From NCBI GenBank assembly GCA_040767965.1, contig JAXGNR010000004.1, forward strand, positions 672,001 to 736,000: a DNA stretch of 64,000 nt, in the 5' to 3' direction. This DNA comes from Atribacterota bacterium. GTDB taxonomy: Bacteria > Atribacterota > Phoenicimicrobiia > Phoenicimicrobiales > Stramentimicrobiaceae. The position numbers and the translations under genes were made by a program. Below the pieces are notes generated by a model. It was given only the letters and a program-made list of their open reading frames with translations, was not told where the DNA came from and did no database searches. Within the stretch, counting starts at the first letter, position 1, and each line of letters opens with the position of its first letter. Positions 50,160 through 62,859 of the stretch are shown piece by piece.

Positions 50160-50852
50160 TTATAAGAAATGAGATGGTTTTTTAGGGATATTGATAAAAA
50201 GCTTTATTAATAAAATACCACCGATAAAACCACCGATATGAGCAAACCAGGCTACCCCGGAATTTACACTCTGACTAGTCAGGTTGGAAAGGCCATACAA
50301 AACTTGAAAAACAATCCAAATACCTAGTACAAACAGGGCTGGCATTTTAATCAATCGGATAAAAAAACCAAAAAATACTAATGTAGTTATTCTTGACTTT
50401 GGAAAAAGTATAAAATAAGCACCTAGAACTCCTGCAACCGCTCCACTAGCTCCAATCATGGGAATATCTGAATACGGACTAATTATGATTTGCATAAAGG
50501 CCGCTAAAATCCCTGATAAGAAATAAAAAAAAATAAATTTGATATCACCCAGAACATCTTCAATATTATTTCCAAAAATCCATAAATAAAGCATATTCCC
50601 AAATAAATGAACAAAATTACCATGAATAAACATAGAAGTTATTATTGACAGATATATTGGGGAAGGTCCGCTTGGAAACAAATCTACTCCTTTCACTATT
50701 TCATAAGGAATAAGCCCATATGAATATATAAACTGAGTAGAATTTGGCACTATAAAAAACTGGTAATAATAAACTACTGCATTAACGGCGATAATTAAAA
50801 TAGTTATTATCGGAACTTTTCTGGTTGGCATCTCATCCCACAATGGAAACAT
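50160..50852 (-). CDS. Rhomboid intramembrane serine protease
   Basis: HLFGNML, GASG, AHIGG. Confidence 0.93.
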   Translation of the reverse strand: MFPLWDEMPTRKVPIITILIIAVNAVVYYYQFFIVPNSTQFIYSYGLIPYEIVKGVDLFPSGPSPIYLSIITSMFIHGNFVHLFGNMLYLWIFGNNIEDVLGDIKFIFFYFLSGILAAFMQIIISPYSDIPMIGASGAVAGVLGAYFILFPKSRITTLVFFGFFIRLIKMPALFVLGIWIVFQVLYGLSNLTSQSVNSGVAWFAHIGGFIGGILLIKLFINIPKKPSHFL

Positions 50853-51012
50853 ATCGGATTACTCAGAATAAACTGTTACTCCTTTTATAAAATAAAACAT
50901 TAGTTTACATTATAACACAACAGGCAGTTGTAATATAGTCTTTATGGTTTTTAAATGTTTTCAGAGGTAAATATTTTTAATAAGAAGAAGATTAATTTCC
51001 TATTGAAGAAAA

Positions 51013-52182
51013 TTATATTATAAATTCATCAGGTTTTTCACTTATATAATTATATTTAAATAATATAAATTCAATTATTCTATTGGCTGCTTTTCCATCA
51101 CCATAAGGGGATCTTTTGTTGCAGGACATCTTTTTATACTCAATATCATTTGAAAGTAGATTTTCAACATTATTAATAATTTTGTCAGGCTCAGTTCCGA
51201 TCAATTTTGCGAATCCCTTTTCAATAACTTCTATCCGTTCAGTTTCATTTCTTAAAATTAATACCGGCTTGCCTAATGCTGGGGCTTCTTCCTGTATTCC
51301 TCCTGAGTCTGTTAAAATCAAAGTGGAATACTTGATTAAGTTAGCCATTTCTGAATAATCCAAAGGATCTGATAAAACAATATCTTTTTTTCCAGACAAA
51401 TATTTATTAACAACTGCTTTTATAAGAGGGTTTTTATGAACAGGGAAAATTATTTTTACATTATCATATTTTTCGTTGATACATAAAAGAGATCTGCAAA
51501 GATCTTCCAAAGGTTTGCCCCAGTTTTCTCTTCTGTGCATTGTCACTAATAATATTCTTTGATTTTTATTTAATATGATATTATTAATTTTATGGTCAGA
51601 AAATGTTATATCTTTTTTTTGCATTAAAAATAAAGTATCGATTACAGTGTTTCCGGTAACATAAATATTATTTTTATCAATTCCTTCTTTTAACAACAAT
51701 TTTTTCGCATTTTCAGTTGGAGCAAAATGGTAATCAGTTAGGACAGTTGTTAATCTTCTGTTTATCTCCTCTGGACAAGGATAATATTTTTTTGTTGTCC
51801 TAAGTCCTGCTTCGATATGACCAATATTTATCTTTTGATAAAATGCAGCTAGAGCCCCGGAAAATGTTGTTGTGGTATCTCCTTGCACCAAAACAATATC
51901 AGGTTTTGTTTCTTTGTAAATTCTTTCCAATTTTAATAAAGTCTGGGAATTTATTTGACTGATTGTCTGGTTATGCTTCATTATATCTAAATCATAATCG
52001 GGAACAACCTGAAATAAAGAAGCTATTTGATCTAACATTTCCCTGTGCTGTGCTGTTGATATTAATATTAAGTCAATCCAATTCTGGTATTTCCGTGCTT
52101 CTGTTATTATAGGGTAAATCTTTATTAATTCCGGTCTTGTGCCAAATACAATGGCAATTTTTATTTTATTATTCTTGCTCAT
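51013..52182 (-). CDS. wecB: UDP-N-acetylglucosamine 2-epimerase (non-hydrolysing)
   Basis: [24 protein letters not shown]. Confidence 0.96.
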   Translation of the reverse strand: MSKNNKIKIAIVFGTRPELIKIYPIITEARKYQNWIDLILISTAQHREMLDQIASLFQVVPDYDLDIMKHNQTISQINSQTLLKLERIYKETKPDIVLVQGDTTTTFSGALAAFYQKINIGHIEAGLRTTKKYYPCPEEINRRLTTVLTDYHFAPTENAKKLLLKEGIDKNNIYVTGNTVIDTLFLMQKKDITFSDHKINNIILNKNQRILLVTMHRRENWGKPLEDLCRSLLCINEKYDNVKIIFPVHKNPLIKAVVNKYLSGKKDIVLSDPLDYSEMANLIKYSTLILTDSGGIQEEAPALGKPVLILRNETERIEVIEKGFAKLIGTEPDKIINNVENLLSNDIEYKKMSCNKRSPYGDGKAANRIIEFILFKYNYISEKPDEFII

Positions 52183-52618
52183 ATGTAATCTCTTCTATTT
52201 GTGCTTCCTGCAATAAATCTTTTGCTAATTGATCGGGATAACCCTTATGATAAATAATTCGAATAATTCCAGAATTAATTATCATTTTTACACATGTTAC
52301 ACATGGCTGATTAGTGCAATATATATAACTACCCTCAATGCTGATACCATGCATTGCAGCCTGAATAATGGCATTTTGTTCTGCATGCAAACCCCTGCAT
52401 AATTCTTGTTGTTTGCCGGACGGTATTTGCTGTTTTTCTCTTAAACAACCAATCTCGGCGCAATGCTTTAGTCCTCGGGGAGCACCATTATAGCCTGTAG
52501 TTAATATTCTTTTCTCCTTAACAATAATTGCACCCACTTTCCTTCTAAGGCATGTAGATCTACTGGCAACTAATTCGGCAATCTTTAAAAAGTACTGATC
52601 CCAAGACGGTCTATCCAT
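52169..52618 (-). CDS. dCMP deaminase family (ComEB-like)
   Basis: RSTCLRR, GYNG, HAEQNA, PCVTC. Confidence 0.92.
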   Translation of the reverse strand: MDRPSWDQYFLKIAELVASRSTCLRRKVGAIIVKEKRILTTGYNGAPRGLKHCAEIGCLREKQQIPSGKQQELCRGLHAEQNAIIQAAMHGISIEGSYIYCTNQPCVTCVKMIINSGIIRIIYHKGYPDQLAKDLLQEAQIEEITYEQE

Positions 52619-52669
52619 TTTTTATTTCCTCACAAAGAGCGTTTTTATTAAAATAAGTGTTAAAAGTAT

Positions 52670-53299
52670 TTATTTTGTTCCAAACAAACGATCACCTGCA
52701 TCTCCAAGACCTGGAACTATATAAGCATGATCATTTAAGCCTTCATCTATAGTTGCAGTGTATATGGCAATTTCAGGAAAATGTTTGTGTATTTCATGGA
52801 TACCCTGAGGGGCAGCGACAATACACATAAATTTTATATTAGATTTGGTGTGATTTTTTATATATTCGATTGTTGCTACAGCAGTTCCGCCAGTAGCCAG
52901 CATAGGATCCACTACTATCACCTCTCTTTTATCAATATCTTTAGGCAATTTTGCATAATAGCTAACTGGTTTTAAGGTATCCGGATCTCTGTACATACCT
53001 ACATGTCCAACTTTAGCAGAAGGAATTAATTTTAAAATACCACCTACCATTCCTAGTCCAGCCCTTAAAATAGCAATTATAGCCATTTTTTTACCAGAAA
53101 TTATTTTACCTGTTGTTTTAGCAATAGGAGTTTCTATTTTAATTTCTTTTAATTCTATGTCTCTGGTAACTTCATATGCCATCAAATTGGAAAGTTCATC
53201 TACAAGTTCACGAAAATCTTTTACATCAGTCTTTTTATTTCTGAGCATGGTTAGCTTATGCTGAATCAAAGGATGGTCTAGTATTATAGTGTTTTTCAA
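52670..53299 (-). CDS. upp: Uracil phosphoribosyltransferase
   Basis: [25 protein letters not shown]. Confidence 0.98.
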   Translation of the reverse strand: MKNTIILDHPLIQHKLTMLRNKKTDVKDFRELVDELSNLMAYEVTRDIELKEIKIETPIAKTTGKIISGKKMAIIAILRAGLGMVGGILKLIPSAKVGHVGMYRDPDTLKPVSYYAKLPKDIDKREVIVVDPMLATGGTAVATIEYIKNHTKSNIKFMCIVAAPQGIHEIHKHFPEIAIYTATIDEGLNDHAYIVPGLGDAGDRLFGTK

Positions 53300-53343
53300 A
53301 ATATTTCCTCCAAATTATTATATAGTTTTAATTATTTGCTATT

Positions 53344-53799
53344 TTAAATTGTAGAATTATTGTTAATATTTTCTATTTTAGTTAATCTTAATTTATGTCT
53401 TTCTTCATTGCTGAAGTCTGTAGTAAGCCAGGTTTTTATGATATCTCCAGCGAGTCCGATTGATATTACTCTTCCACCCAATGCAAGCACATTAGCATTA
53501 TTATGCTCTTTTGATTTTCTTGCAGAAAAAGTATCATGGCAAAGAGAAGCCCTGATTCCCTGATATTTATTTGCTGCAATAGACATGCCTATTCCTGTTC
53601 CACAGATCAAAATCCCGCAATCACTTTCTTTATTAATTATAGAGTTACAGACTTTTTCAGCATAATCAGGATAATGAACTGATTCTTTGTTGTTACAGCC
53701 AAAATCAAAATAAGCATAATTCAATTTCTGTAAAAAAGTAATAATATCTTTTTTTAAATCATAACCACCATGATCACTTGCAATTGCTATTTTTAGCAT
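53344..53799 (-). CDS. rpiB: Ribose-5-phosphate isomerase B
   Basis: SDHGG, CGTGIG, HNNAN. Confidence 0.96.
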   Translation of the reverse strand: MLKIAIASDHGGYDLKKDIITFLQKLNYAYFDFGCNNKESVHYPDYAEKVCNSIINKESDCGILICGTGIGMSIAANKYQGIRASLCHDTFSARKSKEHNNANVLALGGRVISIGLAGDIIKTWLTTDFSNEERHKLRLTKIENINNNSTI

Positions 53800-53814
53800 A
53801 TTTTTATACCATTC

Positions 53815-54288
53815 CTATCTTAATATATTTATTAATTCCTGAATGCCAATATCTATTTGATTACATATTTTTTCATATATGCAAAGATCTTCTCCAAAAG
53901 GGTCTTCTATTTCTTTTCCAGCTTCATTATTTTTAGTATTAATTCCTATATATTCACCAAACAAAAATATTTTATTCTTTTGTTCTGGATATTTATTATT
54001 CAGGTAATTCAGTTGACTGAAAGTCATAGTCAGCACCAAAAAAGCGTTTCTTATTAGTGTTAAATTTACAGGTTTGGATGTATGAGTAGAAATATCAATG
54101 TTTCTTTTTTTTAAGCAGGTAACAGTTTCTTTTGTAGCATGAATCCCTTTTTCTGCAAATATTCCAGCTGAATCAGCCTGGAAATTATTTTTTAAATTTA
54201 GCAAGTTGATTTTATTGTTAAAAAAATATTCAGCCATAACACTTCGGCAAGTGTTGCCGGTGCAGATAAATAAAATAGTGTTTTTCAA
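53815..54288 (-). CDS. Low-molecular-weight protein (arginine) phosphatase, YwlE-like
   Basis: CTGNTCRS P-loop, IEDPFG; upstream of rpiB as in Bacillus. Confidence 0.85.
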   Translation of the reverse strand: MKNTILFICTGNTCRSVMAEYFFNNKINLLNLKNNFQADSAGIFAEKGIHATKETVTCLKKRNIDISTHTSKPVNLTLIRNAFLVLTMTFSQLNYLNNKYPEQKNKIFLFGEYIGINTKNNEAGKEIEDPFGEDLCIYEKICNQIDIGIQELINILR

Positions 54289-54290
54289 GA

Positions 54291-55235
54291 TTAATCCTTA
54301 ATTTTATAATTTTTTTTATAAGCAAACAAGATTCTATAATTATGAAAGTAATCACGGAACAGACTTATTTTACTTTCATAACAGGGATTTTTTAGTATCA
54401 GCTGACTAATCAGATTTTTTTGAGTATGTCCGATTTCAAAAGCTAAAAAACCATTACTATCATTCAAGTATCTTGGAGATTCTTTTATAATTTTTTCATA
54501 AAAGTACAATCCTTTTTTACCTCCATAAAGGGCTTTTACAGGTTCATGTTCGGCAACTTCATCTGCCAGGACAGGCCATTCTAAATCAGAAATATAGGGG
54601 GGATTAGATACTATTCCATCAAATAAGCTAATATATTTTTTATCTTGCAATGATTTAAACAAATTACTCTGAATAAATGTTATCCTGTCTTTGCAGTTAA
54701 ATAAATTTGCATTTTCTTCTGCTATTTCAAGAGCTTTTTTGGATATATCAATCGCATAAAAATGAACGCTGATATTTGTGTTTTTGAAGTATTGGCAAAT
54801 AGAAACAGGAATAATACCAGAGCCAACCCCGATATCCAATAGAAAAAAGATTTTTTTGTCTTTTTGGTTTTTGATAAATTCAATAACTTTTTCTACCAAT
54901 ATTTCAGTTTCTGGCCTGGGAATAAGAACTCCCTTTCTGACTATAAAATCGTGTCCCATGAAATTTTGATAACCGGTAATGTATTGTACGGGTATTCCCT
55001 TGCTTCTCTTATTTATCCATTGAATATATTTTGCTTTGATATTAGCAGGAACAATCTCAAAACGGTTTATAAATATTTCGTGTCTTTTTTTGTTTAGCAA
55101 ATAACTTAACAGTAACAAGGAGTCATCAATATACATTTGGTTTCCATTTTTTTTTAATAAATCACAACCAAAAGTAAATAATTCTCCTATAGTTGTAACA
55201 GTTTTGGATTTATTATTTTTCATTGATATTTTCAT
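54291..55235 (-). CDS. prmC: Release factor glutamine methyltransferase (start 55235 or 55223)
   Basis: VLIPRPETE, DIGVGSG, SNPPY. Confidence 0.95.
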   Translation of the reverse strand: MKISMKNNKSKTVTTIGELFTFGCDLLKKNGNQMYIDDSLLLLSYLLNKKRHEIFINRFEIVPANIKAKYIQWINKRSKGIPVQYITGYQNFMGHDFIVRKGVLIPRPETEILVEKVIEFIKNQKDKKIFFLLDIGVGSGIIPVSICQYFKNTNISVHFYAIDISKKALEIAEENANLFNCKDRITFIQSNLFKSLQDKKYISLFDGIVSNPPYISDLEWPVLADEVAEHEPVKALYGGKKGLYFYEKIIKESPRYLNDSNGFLAFEIGHTQKNLISQLILKNPCYESKISLFRDYFHNYRILFAYKKNYKIKD

Positions 55236-55236
55236 T

Positions 55237-56277
55237 TTATTTTTTATTTTTAAAAGCAACAATAAGTTCGCTGAGATCTCCATCAAGAAGTTCTTCCAGA
55301 TTATGAAAATTAACATTAATCCGATGATCTGTTACTCTGTTTTGTGGGAAGTTGTACGTTCGAATTCTTTCGCTGCGATCTCCGGTTCCTACCTGTTTTT
55401 TTCTTTGTTCATCAATTTCCTGGTTTTGCTCTTTTTGCAATCGATCTAATAATCTTGCTCTAAGCACTTTTAGTGCTTTTTCTTTATTTTTATGCTGAGA
55501 CTTTTCATCCTGACAGGTAACCACAATTCCGGTTGGTAAATGAGTAACCCTTACTGCCGAATCAGTTGTATTAACACTTTGTCCTCCTGGACCAGTTGAA
55601 CGAAAGCGATCAATTTTTAATTCATTAGGGTTAATATCCATTTCTACTTCTTCTGCTTCAGGTAGAATGGCCACAGTAACAGTTGATGTGTGAATTCTGC
55701 CTCCTGATTCAGTTACCGGTATTCGCTGTACCCGGTGAACACCACTTTCCTGTTTAAGTGCTCCAAAAACATTTTCCCCGGATATTCCGAAAATTATTTC
55801 TTTCAAGCCTCCAATCCCTGTGGGATTTGAATTCATGACTTCCACTTTCCAGCGGTTCCTTTCAGCAAAACGAGAGTACATTCGATATAGATCGCTAACA
55901 AAAAGTGCAGCCTCATCCCCACCTGCTCCAGCCCTAATCTCAACAATAATATTTTTTTTATTTCTAGGATCTTCCGGATTCAGTATTTCTTTTAATTCTT
56001 CTATTATTATATTCTTTTGATTTGATAAGCTGGAAATTTCCTCATCAATCATAGTAAGCAAGTCATTATCATTTTCTTCTTTTTTTAATTGTTCGTTTTC
56101 AGCCAGCTCTTTTTCTGTTTCTTTATATTTTTGATACAACTGAACAGTTTTGGAGATTTCACTATGTCTTTTAGCAAATTTTTGAAATTGTTCCTGATCT
56201 GCAATTATCTGAGGATCAGAAAGATATTTGTTTAAGTCTTGATATTCTTTTTCTATATTATCCAATTTTTCAAACAT
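55237..56277 (-). CDS. prfA: Peptide chain release factor 1
   Basis: PVT and GGQ motifs. Confidence 0.98.
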   Translation of the reverse strand: MFEKLDNIEKEYQDLNKYLSDPQIIADQEQFQKFAKRHSEISKTVQLYQKYKETEKELAENEQLKKEENDNDLLTMIDEEISSLSNQKNIIIEELKEILNPEDPRNKKNIIVEIRAGAGGDEAALFVSDLYRMYSRFAERNRWKVEVMNSNPTGIGGLKEIIFGISGENVFGALKQESGVHRVQRIPVTESGGRIHTSTVTVAILPEAEEVEMDINPNELKIDRFRSTGPGGQSVNTTDSAVRVTHLPTGIVVTCQDEKSQHKNKEKALKVLRARLLDRLQKEQNQEIDEQRKKQVGTGDRSERIRTYNFPQNRVTDHRINVNFHNLEELLDGDLSELIVAFKNKK

Positions 56278-56323
56278 TTTTTCACTGCTTTCTTAGAAAA
56301 AATAAATTATTATTTTGAGTCAC

Positions 56324-57004
56324 TTAGTTATTTGACATTCTTTTCCAGGGTTTTCCGCAAGACATCTCACCTTCGGGACATTTGCCAGTCAAACAAGGGG
56401 GACCAGCACTTTCAAAGATAACTGGAGCAATTTCTTTTGCTAGTTTCAACATTTCAACAGCAACTTCTCTTATTTCCCACTGAGCCCTATTGCAGCATCG
56501 CAATTTAAAGAAATGAAGCAATTCTCTAGCGTTTGCAGTAAATATTATGCTGGTAAACACTGCCTGCGGTAAAATATATCGTGCATCTTCAGCAGGTATC
56601 CCGGCAGAAATCAGCTCCTGATATAAGTTAAAATTGTTTATCAGTGCCTCGTGATAGATTGATTTGGCTTTTTCATTATTATTAATTGTGGTTGGAACTA
56701 TATAATTTTTAGGGTCATTATATTTTACATATCTTTGACTTCTTTGAGAAAAAGAAGCAATTCGGTGTCTTACCAGTTGATGAGTGCATACTCGTGAGAC
56801 ATTTTCAATGCCGAATGAAAAAGAAACATGTTCCAAAACAGAGTAATGACCTAATTTCATTATTTTCTTTATCAGGCTTCCCTGGGTCTTTTTATCCATT
56901 GAGCAGGCAATGTCAGCAATACTTTTAGCAGAATAACACAATCTAGCTGCCTGGGAAACAGTTTTTTCTGGATTTTCTGTATAATTAATTAAAGTTATTT
57001 TCAT
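56324..57004 (-). CDS. thyX: FAD-dependent thymidylate synthase
   Basis: HQLVRHRIASFSQRSQRY, RAQWEIR; likely start MKITLIN. Confidence 0.96.
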   Translation of the reverse strand: MKITLINYTENPEKTVSQAARLCYSAKSIADIACSMDKKTQGSLIKKIMKLGHYSVLEHVSFSFGIENVSRVCTHQLVRHRIASFSQRSQRYVKYNDPKNYIVPTTINNNEKAKSIYHEALINNFNLYQELISAGIPAEDARYILPQAVFTSIIFTANARELLHFFKLRCCNRAQWEIREVAVEMLKLAKEIAPVIFESAGPPCLTGKCPEGEMSCGKPWKRMSNN

Positions 57005-57011
57005 ATTTTTC

Positions 57012-57587
57012 CTATCTGTTAATTTGATGATGCTTTCTACATCTAGCTTCATATGTCTCATCAGCACCAATTAAAATAGTCGGGTCATTGTAATGCGCAG
57101 GTTTTCCATTTATTATCCTTTGTGTTCTAGATGCAGGTTTCCCGCATACCATACAAATGGCATGTAATTTATCCACATATTCAGCTATTCCCAGCAATAA
57201 AGGTATCGGTCCAAAAGGCTCACCTCTAAAATCCTGATCAAGTCCAGCAACAATAACTCTTTTACCTAAATCAGCAAGTTTTTGACATACAAAGACAATC
57301 TTATTGTCAAAAAACTGTGCCTCATCTATGGCAACAGCTTCGCAATTTTCAGGAATATTATTTATTATATCTGTTGATTTATTAACACAATTAGCCAGTA
57401 TTTTACTTCCATTATGCGAAAAAATATATTCAGCTGCAGAGCGTGTATCAATAGCGGGCTTAAAAATTACAATCTTTTTTTTAGCTATCTCAACACGTTT
57501 TACTCTCCTGATTAATTCTTCACTTTTACCGCTAAACATGCTGCCGCAAATGACTTCAATACTTCCACCGTCATAAGCTTCATGCAT
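57012..57587 (-). CDS. tdk: Thymidine kinase
   Basis: [20 protein letters not shown]. Confidence 0.96.
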   Translation of the reverse strand: MHEAYDGGSIEVICGSMFSGKSEELIRRVKRVEIAKKKIVIFKPAIDTRSAAEYIFSHNGSKILANCVNKSTDIINNIPENCEAVAIDEAQFFDNKIVFVCQKLADLGKRVIVAGLDQDFRGEPFGPIPLLLGIAEYVDKLHAICMVCGKPASRTQRIINGKPAHYNDPTILIGADETYEARCRKHHQINR

Positions 57588-57642
57588 TATAATAATCCCT
57601 CCAGGAGCGTTATGCAATATTTGAAATAGAAATGAAAGAATA

Positions 57643-57686
57643 TTAATAATAAAAAACAGAGCTTTAGCCCTGTTTTTTATTATTAA
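57643..57686. terminator. Bidirectional intrinsic terminator after rpmE
   Basis: taataataaaaaacag-N10-ctgttttttattatta. Confidence 0.75.
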
Positions 57687-57727
57687 TTATTAAACATTTA
57701 AAATATTAGAGTGAAAATGGTTTTTAT

Positions 57728-57964
57728 CTAAACCTCTTCATCGTTACTAGTTTCTTCAAGTTCATTTTCCAGATTGTATCTGCGGTTAAATTTTTCCACT
57801 CTTCCGGCTGAATCAAATATTTTTTGTTTACCAGTAAAAAATGGATGGCAAGCAGAACAGACTTCTACTCTTATTTCTTCTTTTGTAGAGCTTGTTTCAA
57901 AGGTATTTCCACATGCGCAGATCACTTTAGATTTACCGTATTTTGGATGTATATCTTTTTTCAT
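57728..57964 (-). CDS. rpmE: 50S ribosomal protein L31 (Zn-binding type)
   Basis: [23 protein letters not shown]. Confidence 0.98.
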   Translation of the reverse strand: MKKDIHPKYGKSKVICACGNTFETSSTKEEIRVEVCSACHPFFTGKQKIFDSAGRVEKFNRRYNLENELEETSNDEEV

Positions 57965-58056
57965 TATTATTAATCCACCTTAGTTTTTATAAAAACTGAA
58001 TTTCCGAAAAAATTATATCATAAGTAATTAAAACCGTCAAAAACATTTGGGCTGTT

Positions 58057-59316
58057 TTATCTGTTATTATTTTCATCTTTTATAGCATTTAAGAAATCAC
58101 TATTGTTTTTAGTTTTTTTCAGCTTGTTTAAGATTAAACTAATGGCATCAATAGTGCTTTGATTTGATAGGGCTCTTCTCATCAGCCAGGCTTTGCTTAA
58201 TTCATCAGCTTCCAGTAATAATTCTTCTTTTCTGGTGCCGGAACGTTTGATATCAATGGCCGGGAATATTCTGCTATCAGATATTTCTCTATCCAGCTTT
58301 AGTTCCATATTTCCTGTTCCCTTAAATTCTTCAAAGATAACATCATCCATTCGGCTGCCAGTTTCAACCAGGGCAGTTGCCAGAATAGTCAAACTGCCTC
58401 CTTCTTCAATATTACGAGCTGCGCCAAAAAATCTTTTCGGGTAATATAAAGCAGTGGAGTCAAGACCACCGGATAATGTTTTACCGCTGGTGGGAATATT
58501 TAAGTTGTAAGCTCTGGCCAATCTAGTTATACTATCGAGTAGAATAACTACATCATGTTTTAGTTCTACTAATCTTTTAGCTCTTTCTAATACTATCTCG
58601 GCTACTTTAATATGATGGTTTATAGGCTGATCAAATGTTGAACTTATTACTTCAGCATTGTTTACTGATCGTTTCATTCCGGTAACTTCTTCCGGTCTTT
58701 CATCTATCAGGAGAATCATTAATTTTGTTTCAGGATGATTTTCAGTAATTCCATTGGCAATTTTTTCCAATAGGATTGTCTTTCCCGCTTTTGGAGGTGA
58801 AACTATTATTCCCCTTTGACCTTTCCCTATGGGAGAAAAAATATCTATCACTCTTGTGGATAGTTCATATGGCTTTGTTTCAAGAATAAATCTTTCATTT
58901 GGAAATAAAGGGGTCAAATTTTCAAAATCTATTCTGTCTTTTGAAAGTTCAGGATCTTCATGATTTACAGCCTCTACTTTTAATAAAGCGAAATATCTTT
59001 CACCTTCTTTAGGGTATCGTACTTGACCGGAAACCAGATCACCATTACTCAAGTTAAATCTTTTTATCTGGGACGGAGAAATATAGATATCATTTGTACT
59101 GGGTAAATATCCTCCTGTCCGTAAAAATCCAAAACCTTCCTTCATAATATCAAGGATGCCTTCAGAAAACATGTATCCTTTTTTTTCTGTTTGTGCTTTT
59201 AAAATATTAAATATCAAATCTATTTTTTTCATGCGAGCACAATTATTTATTTCGAATTCGTTGGCAATTTTACACAATTCATTTATTTTCATTTCTTTTA
59301 ATTCATTTAATTCCAA
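58057..59316 (-). CDS. rho: Transcription termination factor Rho
   Basis: [32 protein letters not shown]. Confidence 0.98.
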   Translation of the reverse strand: MELNELKEMKINELCKIANEFEINNCARMKKIDLIFNILKAQTEKKGYMFSEGILDIMKEGFGFLRTGGYLPSTNDIYISPSQIKRFNLSNGDLVSGQVRYPKEGERYFALLKVEAVNHEDPELSKDRIDFENLTPLFPNERFILETKPYELSTRVIDIFSPIGKGQRGIIVSPPKAGKTILLEKIANGITENHPETKLMILLIDERPEEVTGMKRSVNNAEVISSTFDQPINHHIKVAEIVLERAKRLVELKHDVVILLDSITRLARAYNLNIPTSGKTLSGGLDSTALYYPKRFFGAARNIEEGGSLTILATALVETGSRMDDVIFEEFKGTGNMELKLDREISDSRIFPAIDIKRSGTRKEELLLEADELSKAWLMRRALSNQSTIDAISLILNKLKKTKNNSDFLNAIKDENNNR

Positions 59317-59643
59317 TATAAAAACCCCCTAGAGTATAAATATCAAAAATACAGATAAAAAAGCATGATTTTTACTTAAATAAAAAATATTGCTATTTGG
59401 AAAGTTTATTAACAATTTTTTTTGTTTTGTCTTTTAAGCAAAAAATATAATTTACACATTAAAGTTCAGGCACATAATTATTTAAAAACCCTCAATTATA
59501 ACAAACAGTATTTGTTTAGATATGCAGTGGGATAAATATTCATGAAGAATAACCCTGGAGTTATCAATCTAAATTATATCACTTATCTTTAAAAAAACAA
59601 TACATTAATATTTTTATTTTTTAATAATATAAAATATAATCAG

Positions 59644-60396
59644 TTAATTATTTTTATTTAATTCACGTAAAATAAGTTCATAATCACTTAACTTGTCAAG
59701 ATCAATCATTATCTCGGGATTATCAATTAGAATGCCTTTTACAGGGAAACCAACTATTTCAGCAGCTCTTTTTTCTATCTCTTCGATAGTCAATGTTTTG
59801 CATAAATATTTTATTATAAATTTCATCCCTAATAGATTGATATATTTTTTAACATCTTTACGCTTTTCATAAACTTCGTTTAACAGGTTTTTATTTTTTT
59901 CAAAAATAGCCTTTGAAAAAATAATAACATTTCCACCACAAAAAAAACCTTCTTTCAAAGAAGCGTAAGATCTAACTGTATCAGGATATTTTTCCAATAT
60001 TGTTTCTTTCCTGATAAAAGGATAATACAAGAAAGCCTCATATTTTTCACTTTTTTCAATAAAATTATCAATTATTGTTCCTGATATTAGAGGGATATCA
60101 GCGGTGGAAACAAATATTTTATCACTTTTTATATAGTCCAGTCCTATTTTTAAATTATTAACAATGGAATCGGTTGAATCAAGTATTTTATTAACTTTTC
60201 CATCCAAAAAATGAGATAATTCCAGTTGAGGTCCTACTATAACAATATTGTTAATTTTATGAGATTTACATATAGCATCAACTATATATTCAATCATTGG
60301 GACACCATTTAGAAGCAACAGAGCTTTGTTATTAAATTTGTTATTAGAGCCTATATTGTTTTTATCTTTTCCGCCAGCAAGTATTAAAGCATCCAT
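59644..60396 (-). CDS. Nucleotidyltransferase (MobA-like NTP_transf family)
   Basis: [21 protein letters not shown]. Confidence 0.75.
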   Translation of the reverse strand: MDALILAGGKDKNNIGSNNKFNNKALLLLNGVPMIEYIVDAICKSHKINNIVIVGPQLELSHFLDGKVNKILDSTDSIVNNLKIGLDYIKSDKIFVSTADIPLISGTIIDNFIEKSEKYEAFLYYPFIRKETILEKYPDTVRSYASLKEGFFCGGNVIIFSKAIFEKNKNLLNEVYEKRKDVKKYINLLGMKFIIKYLCKTLTIEEIEKRAAEIVGFPVKGILIDNPEIMIDLDKLSDYELILRELNKNN

Positions 60397-62039
60397 TAAT
60401 CTTTTACTCCAGGCTTATTTTTTTGATTACCTTTAGTCAAATTATTAATTGCTGCCTCTATAAAACCAACAAAAACAGGATGGGGAGAATTTGGTCTTGA
60501 TTTGAATTCTGGGTGGAATTGCATTCCGACAAACCAGGGGTGATCCTTCAATTCAAATATTTCGACTAAATTATTCTCAACATTGATACCGCTAAAAATT
60601 ATATCATTTTCTTCAAACTTTGGCAAAAAAGAATTATTGAATTCATAACGATGGCGATGTCTTTCTTTTATGAATTCTTTTTTGTACATTTGATATGCTT
60701 TGCTGTTTTTATCAATTTTACAGTCATAATTACCTAATCGCATTGTTCCGCCTTTATCCTGGCATTTTTTCTGCTGTTCCATTAATACAAATATCGGGTA
60801 AGGGGTGTCCGGTGAAAATTCAGTACTGTTAGCATCTGATAATCCGATTTTATTGCGGGCGATTTCTATTAACGCACATTGCATTCCAAGGCAAATTCCC
60901 ATAAAAGGTATTTTATTTTCACGGGCATATTTTATTGCTTTTATTTTGCCTTCAATTCCTCTAACACCAAAACCTCCTGGTATTAATACAGCATTGATAT
61001 CTTTTAGAGAATCTTTATAGTTATTACTGAAAAATTGATCTGCATCTATTCTCTTTATTTCAATTTTACATTTATGGTATATTCCAGCATGGATCAATGC
61101 TTCATTTATACTCATATATGCATCTTTTAACCGAACATATTTTCCTATCAATGCTACATTGATTTTTTTATCAGGATGGTAAAGCCGGTTAATCATTTCT
61201 TTCCATTCATGTAAATCTGCCTTTTTCTTAGGAAGATTAAGCAGATTTAAAATAGTATCGCCTAATTGTTGTTCTTCCAGTATGATAGGCACTTCATAAA
61301 TAGAGTTTACATCTTTGGCTTCAATAATCCCTTCTTTGGGAATATCACAAAAGAGGGATATTTTATCTTTTACTGAGTCTGTCAGTCTTGATTGAGATCT
61401 ACAGATCAATAAATCCGGTTGAATCCCTATTCCCCTCAATTCTTTGATGCTATGCTGGGTTGGTTTTGATTTAATTTCTTTTGCAGCTCTTAAATATGGG
61501 AAAAAAGATACATGAACATACAAAACATTTTCTTTTCCTATATCGTTTCTGAATTGCCTGATTGCTTCAAGAAAAGGCAATCCTTCAATATCTCCAATAG
61601 TTCCCCCTATTTCTACAATAATAACATCCAGTGTTGTTTGACCTGGCTTGTTTAACCGTTTGATGCTTGATTTAATTTCATCGGTAATGTGAGGTATTAT
61701 TTGTACTGTTTTACCTAAAAAATCTCCGTGTCTCTCTTTGGAAATCACTGTATTATATATCTTTCCTGTAGTGACACTATTGTCTTTAGTGAGATCAACA
61801 TCAATAAATCTTTCATAATGGCCTAGATCTAAGTCAGTTTCAGCTCCGTCTTTAGTTACAAATGCTTCGCCATGTTGAAAAGGGCTCATGGTACCAGCGT
61901 CAACATTTAGATAGGGATCATGTTTTTGGATTGTTACTTTCAATCCTCTGCTTTTTAATATTCTCCCGATAGAGGCAGCAGTAATACCTTTTCCTACCGA
62001 TGAAACAACTCCTCCTGTTATAAAAATATATTTTGTCAT
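60396..62039 (-). CDS. pyrG: CTP synthase
   Basis: [23 protein letters not shown]. Confidence 0.98.
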   Translation of the reverse strand: MTKYIFITGGVVSSVGKGITAASIGRILKSRGLKVTIQKHDPYLNVDAGTMSPFQHGEAFVTKDGAETDLDLGHYERFIDVDLTKDNSVTTGKIYNTVISKERHGDFLGKTVQIIPHITDEIKSSIKRLNKPGQTTLDVIIVEIGGTIGDIEGLPFLEAIRQFRNDIGKENVLYVHVSFFPYLRAAKEIKSKPTQHSIKELRGIGIQPDLLICRSQSRLTDSVKDKISLFCDIPKEGIIEAKDVNSIYEVPIILEEQQLGDTILNLLNLPKKKADLHEWKEMINRLYHPDKKINVALIGKYVRLKDAYMSINEALIHAGIYHKCKIEIKRIDADQFFSNNYKDSLKDINAVLIPGGFGVRGIEGKIKAIKYARENKIPFMGICLGMQCALIEIARNKIGLSDANSTEFSPDTPYPIFVLMEQQKKCQDKGGTMRLGNYDCKIDKNSKAYQMYKKEFIKERHRHRYEFNNSFLPKFEENDIIFSGINVENNLVEIFELKDHPWFVGMQFHPEFKSRPNSPHPVFVGFIEAAINNLTKGNQKNKPGVKD

Positions 62040-62197
62040 TTATTTCCCCTATTCACTTTTAATAGTTTATATATTATTCATACTTTTAATGTTAATCAAA
62101 ATAAAATTATACTAACTTCAATCAACAAAACACTTTAATATTATAATAGTATATTTGTAAAAAAAAAGAGTTTCAGGATATTTTTTATAAAAAATAT

Positions 62198-62833
62198 TCA
62201 GTAATTTAAAATATATATAATGGTTTTATCCGGAAGGTTGCCTTGTTTAATTTCAAAAAAATTATTTCGAATTAAAGAAATATTTTTCTTTTCTTCTAAA
62301 AAAGTGGATAAAGGATCGATAGACCATTTTATGGCATCAGTTTTATAATGCATTGGCAAAACTATTTTAGGTTTTATTTGGGCAATCACCTGGTCTGCCT
62401 GGTGATTATTCAGTGTAAAATAACCACCGACAGGGATAAACAATATATCTATCAAACCGATTTTTTCCAATTGGTCATCATCCAGGAGATGCCCAAGATC
62501 ACCAAGATGACATAAAGTTAGGTTATCAGTAAGAATCTTAAATATAGTGTTTTCACCTCTATTCTTACCGAAAACACTATCATGAAATGATGATATCCCC
62601 TGAAATATAATTTTATGAGTATCTCTATAAACCGGGCCTTTTAACACAGTAGGCTTACCTTTAATACCCATTGTGTTGTTGTGATCATAATGCTCGTGAC
62701 TTATGGTAATGATATTTATTTTTTCTTTAGTCATTTTATAGCCTAATGTTTCATCAAATGGATCTGTTAATATATTTATTCCCCTATCATTAGTTATAAG
62801 AAAGCAAGAATGACCTAACCATTTAATAATCAT
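62198..62833 (-). CDS. Metallo-beta-lactamase-fold hydrolase
   Basis: WLGHSCF, SHEHYDH, HLGD, PMHY. Confidence 0.88.
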   Translation of the reverse strand: MIIKWLGHSCFLITNDRGINILTDPFDETLGYKMTKEKINIITISHEHYDHNNTMGIKGKPTVLKGPVYRDTHKIIFQGISSFHDSVFGKNRGENTIFKILTDNLTLCHLGDLGHLLDDDQLEKIGLIDILFIPVGGYFTLNNHQADQVIAQIKPKIVLPMHYKTDAIKWSIDPLSTFLEEKKNISLIRNNFFEIKQGNLPDKTIIYILNY

Positions 62834-62859
62834 TTTAAAAAACCTTTAACCGGACAGTT

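Noticed and set aside
56324-57587. thyX next to tdk as unusual
   Set aside because: De novo and salvage thymidylate genes near rpmE-prfA are ordinary
19-61020. Numerous short plus-strand ORFs in the track (e.g. 1214-1462, 2783-3148, 16395-16709, 20130-20462)
   Set aside because: Antisense shadows of well-supported minus-strand genes with no recognisable motifs
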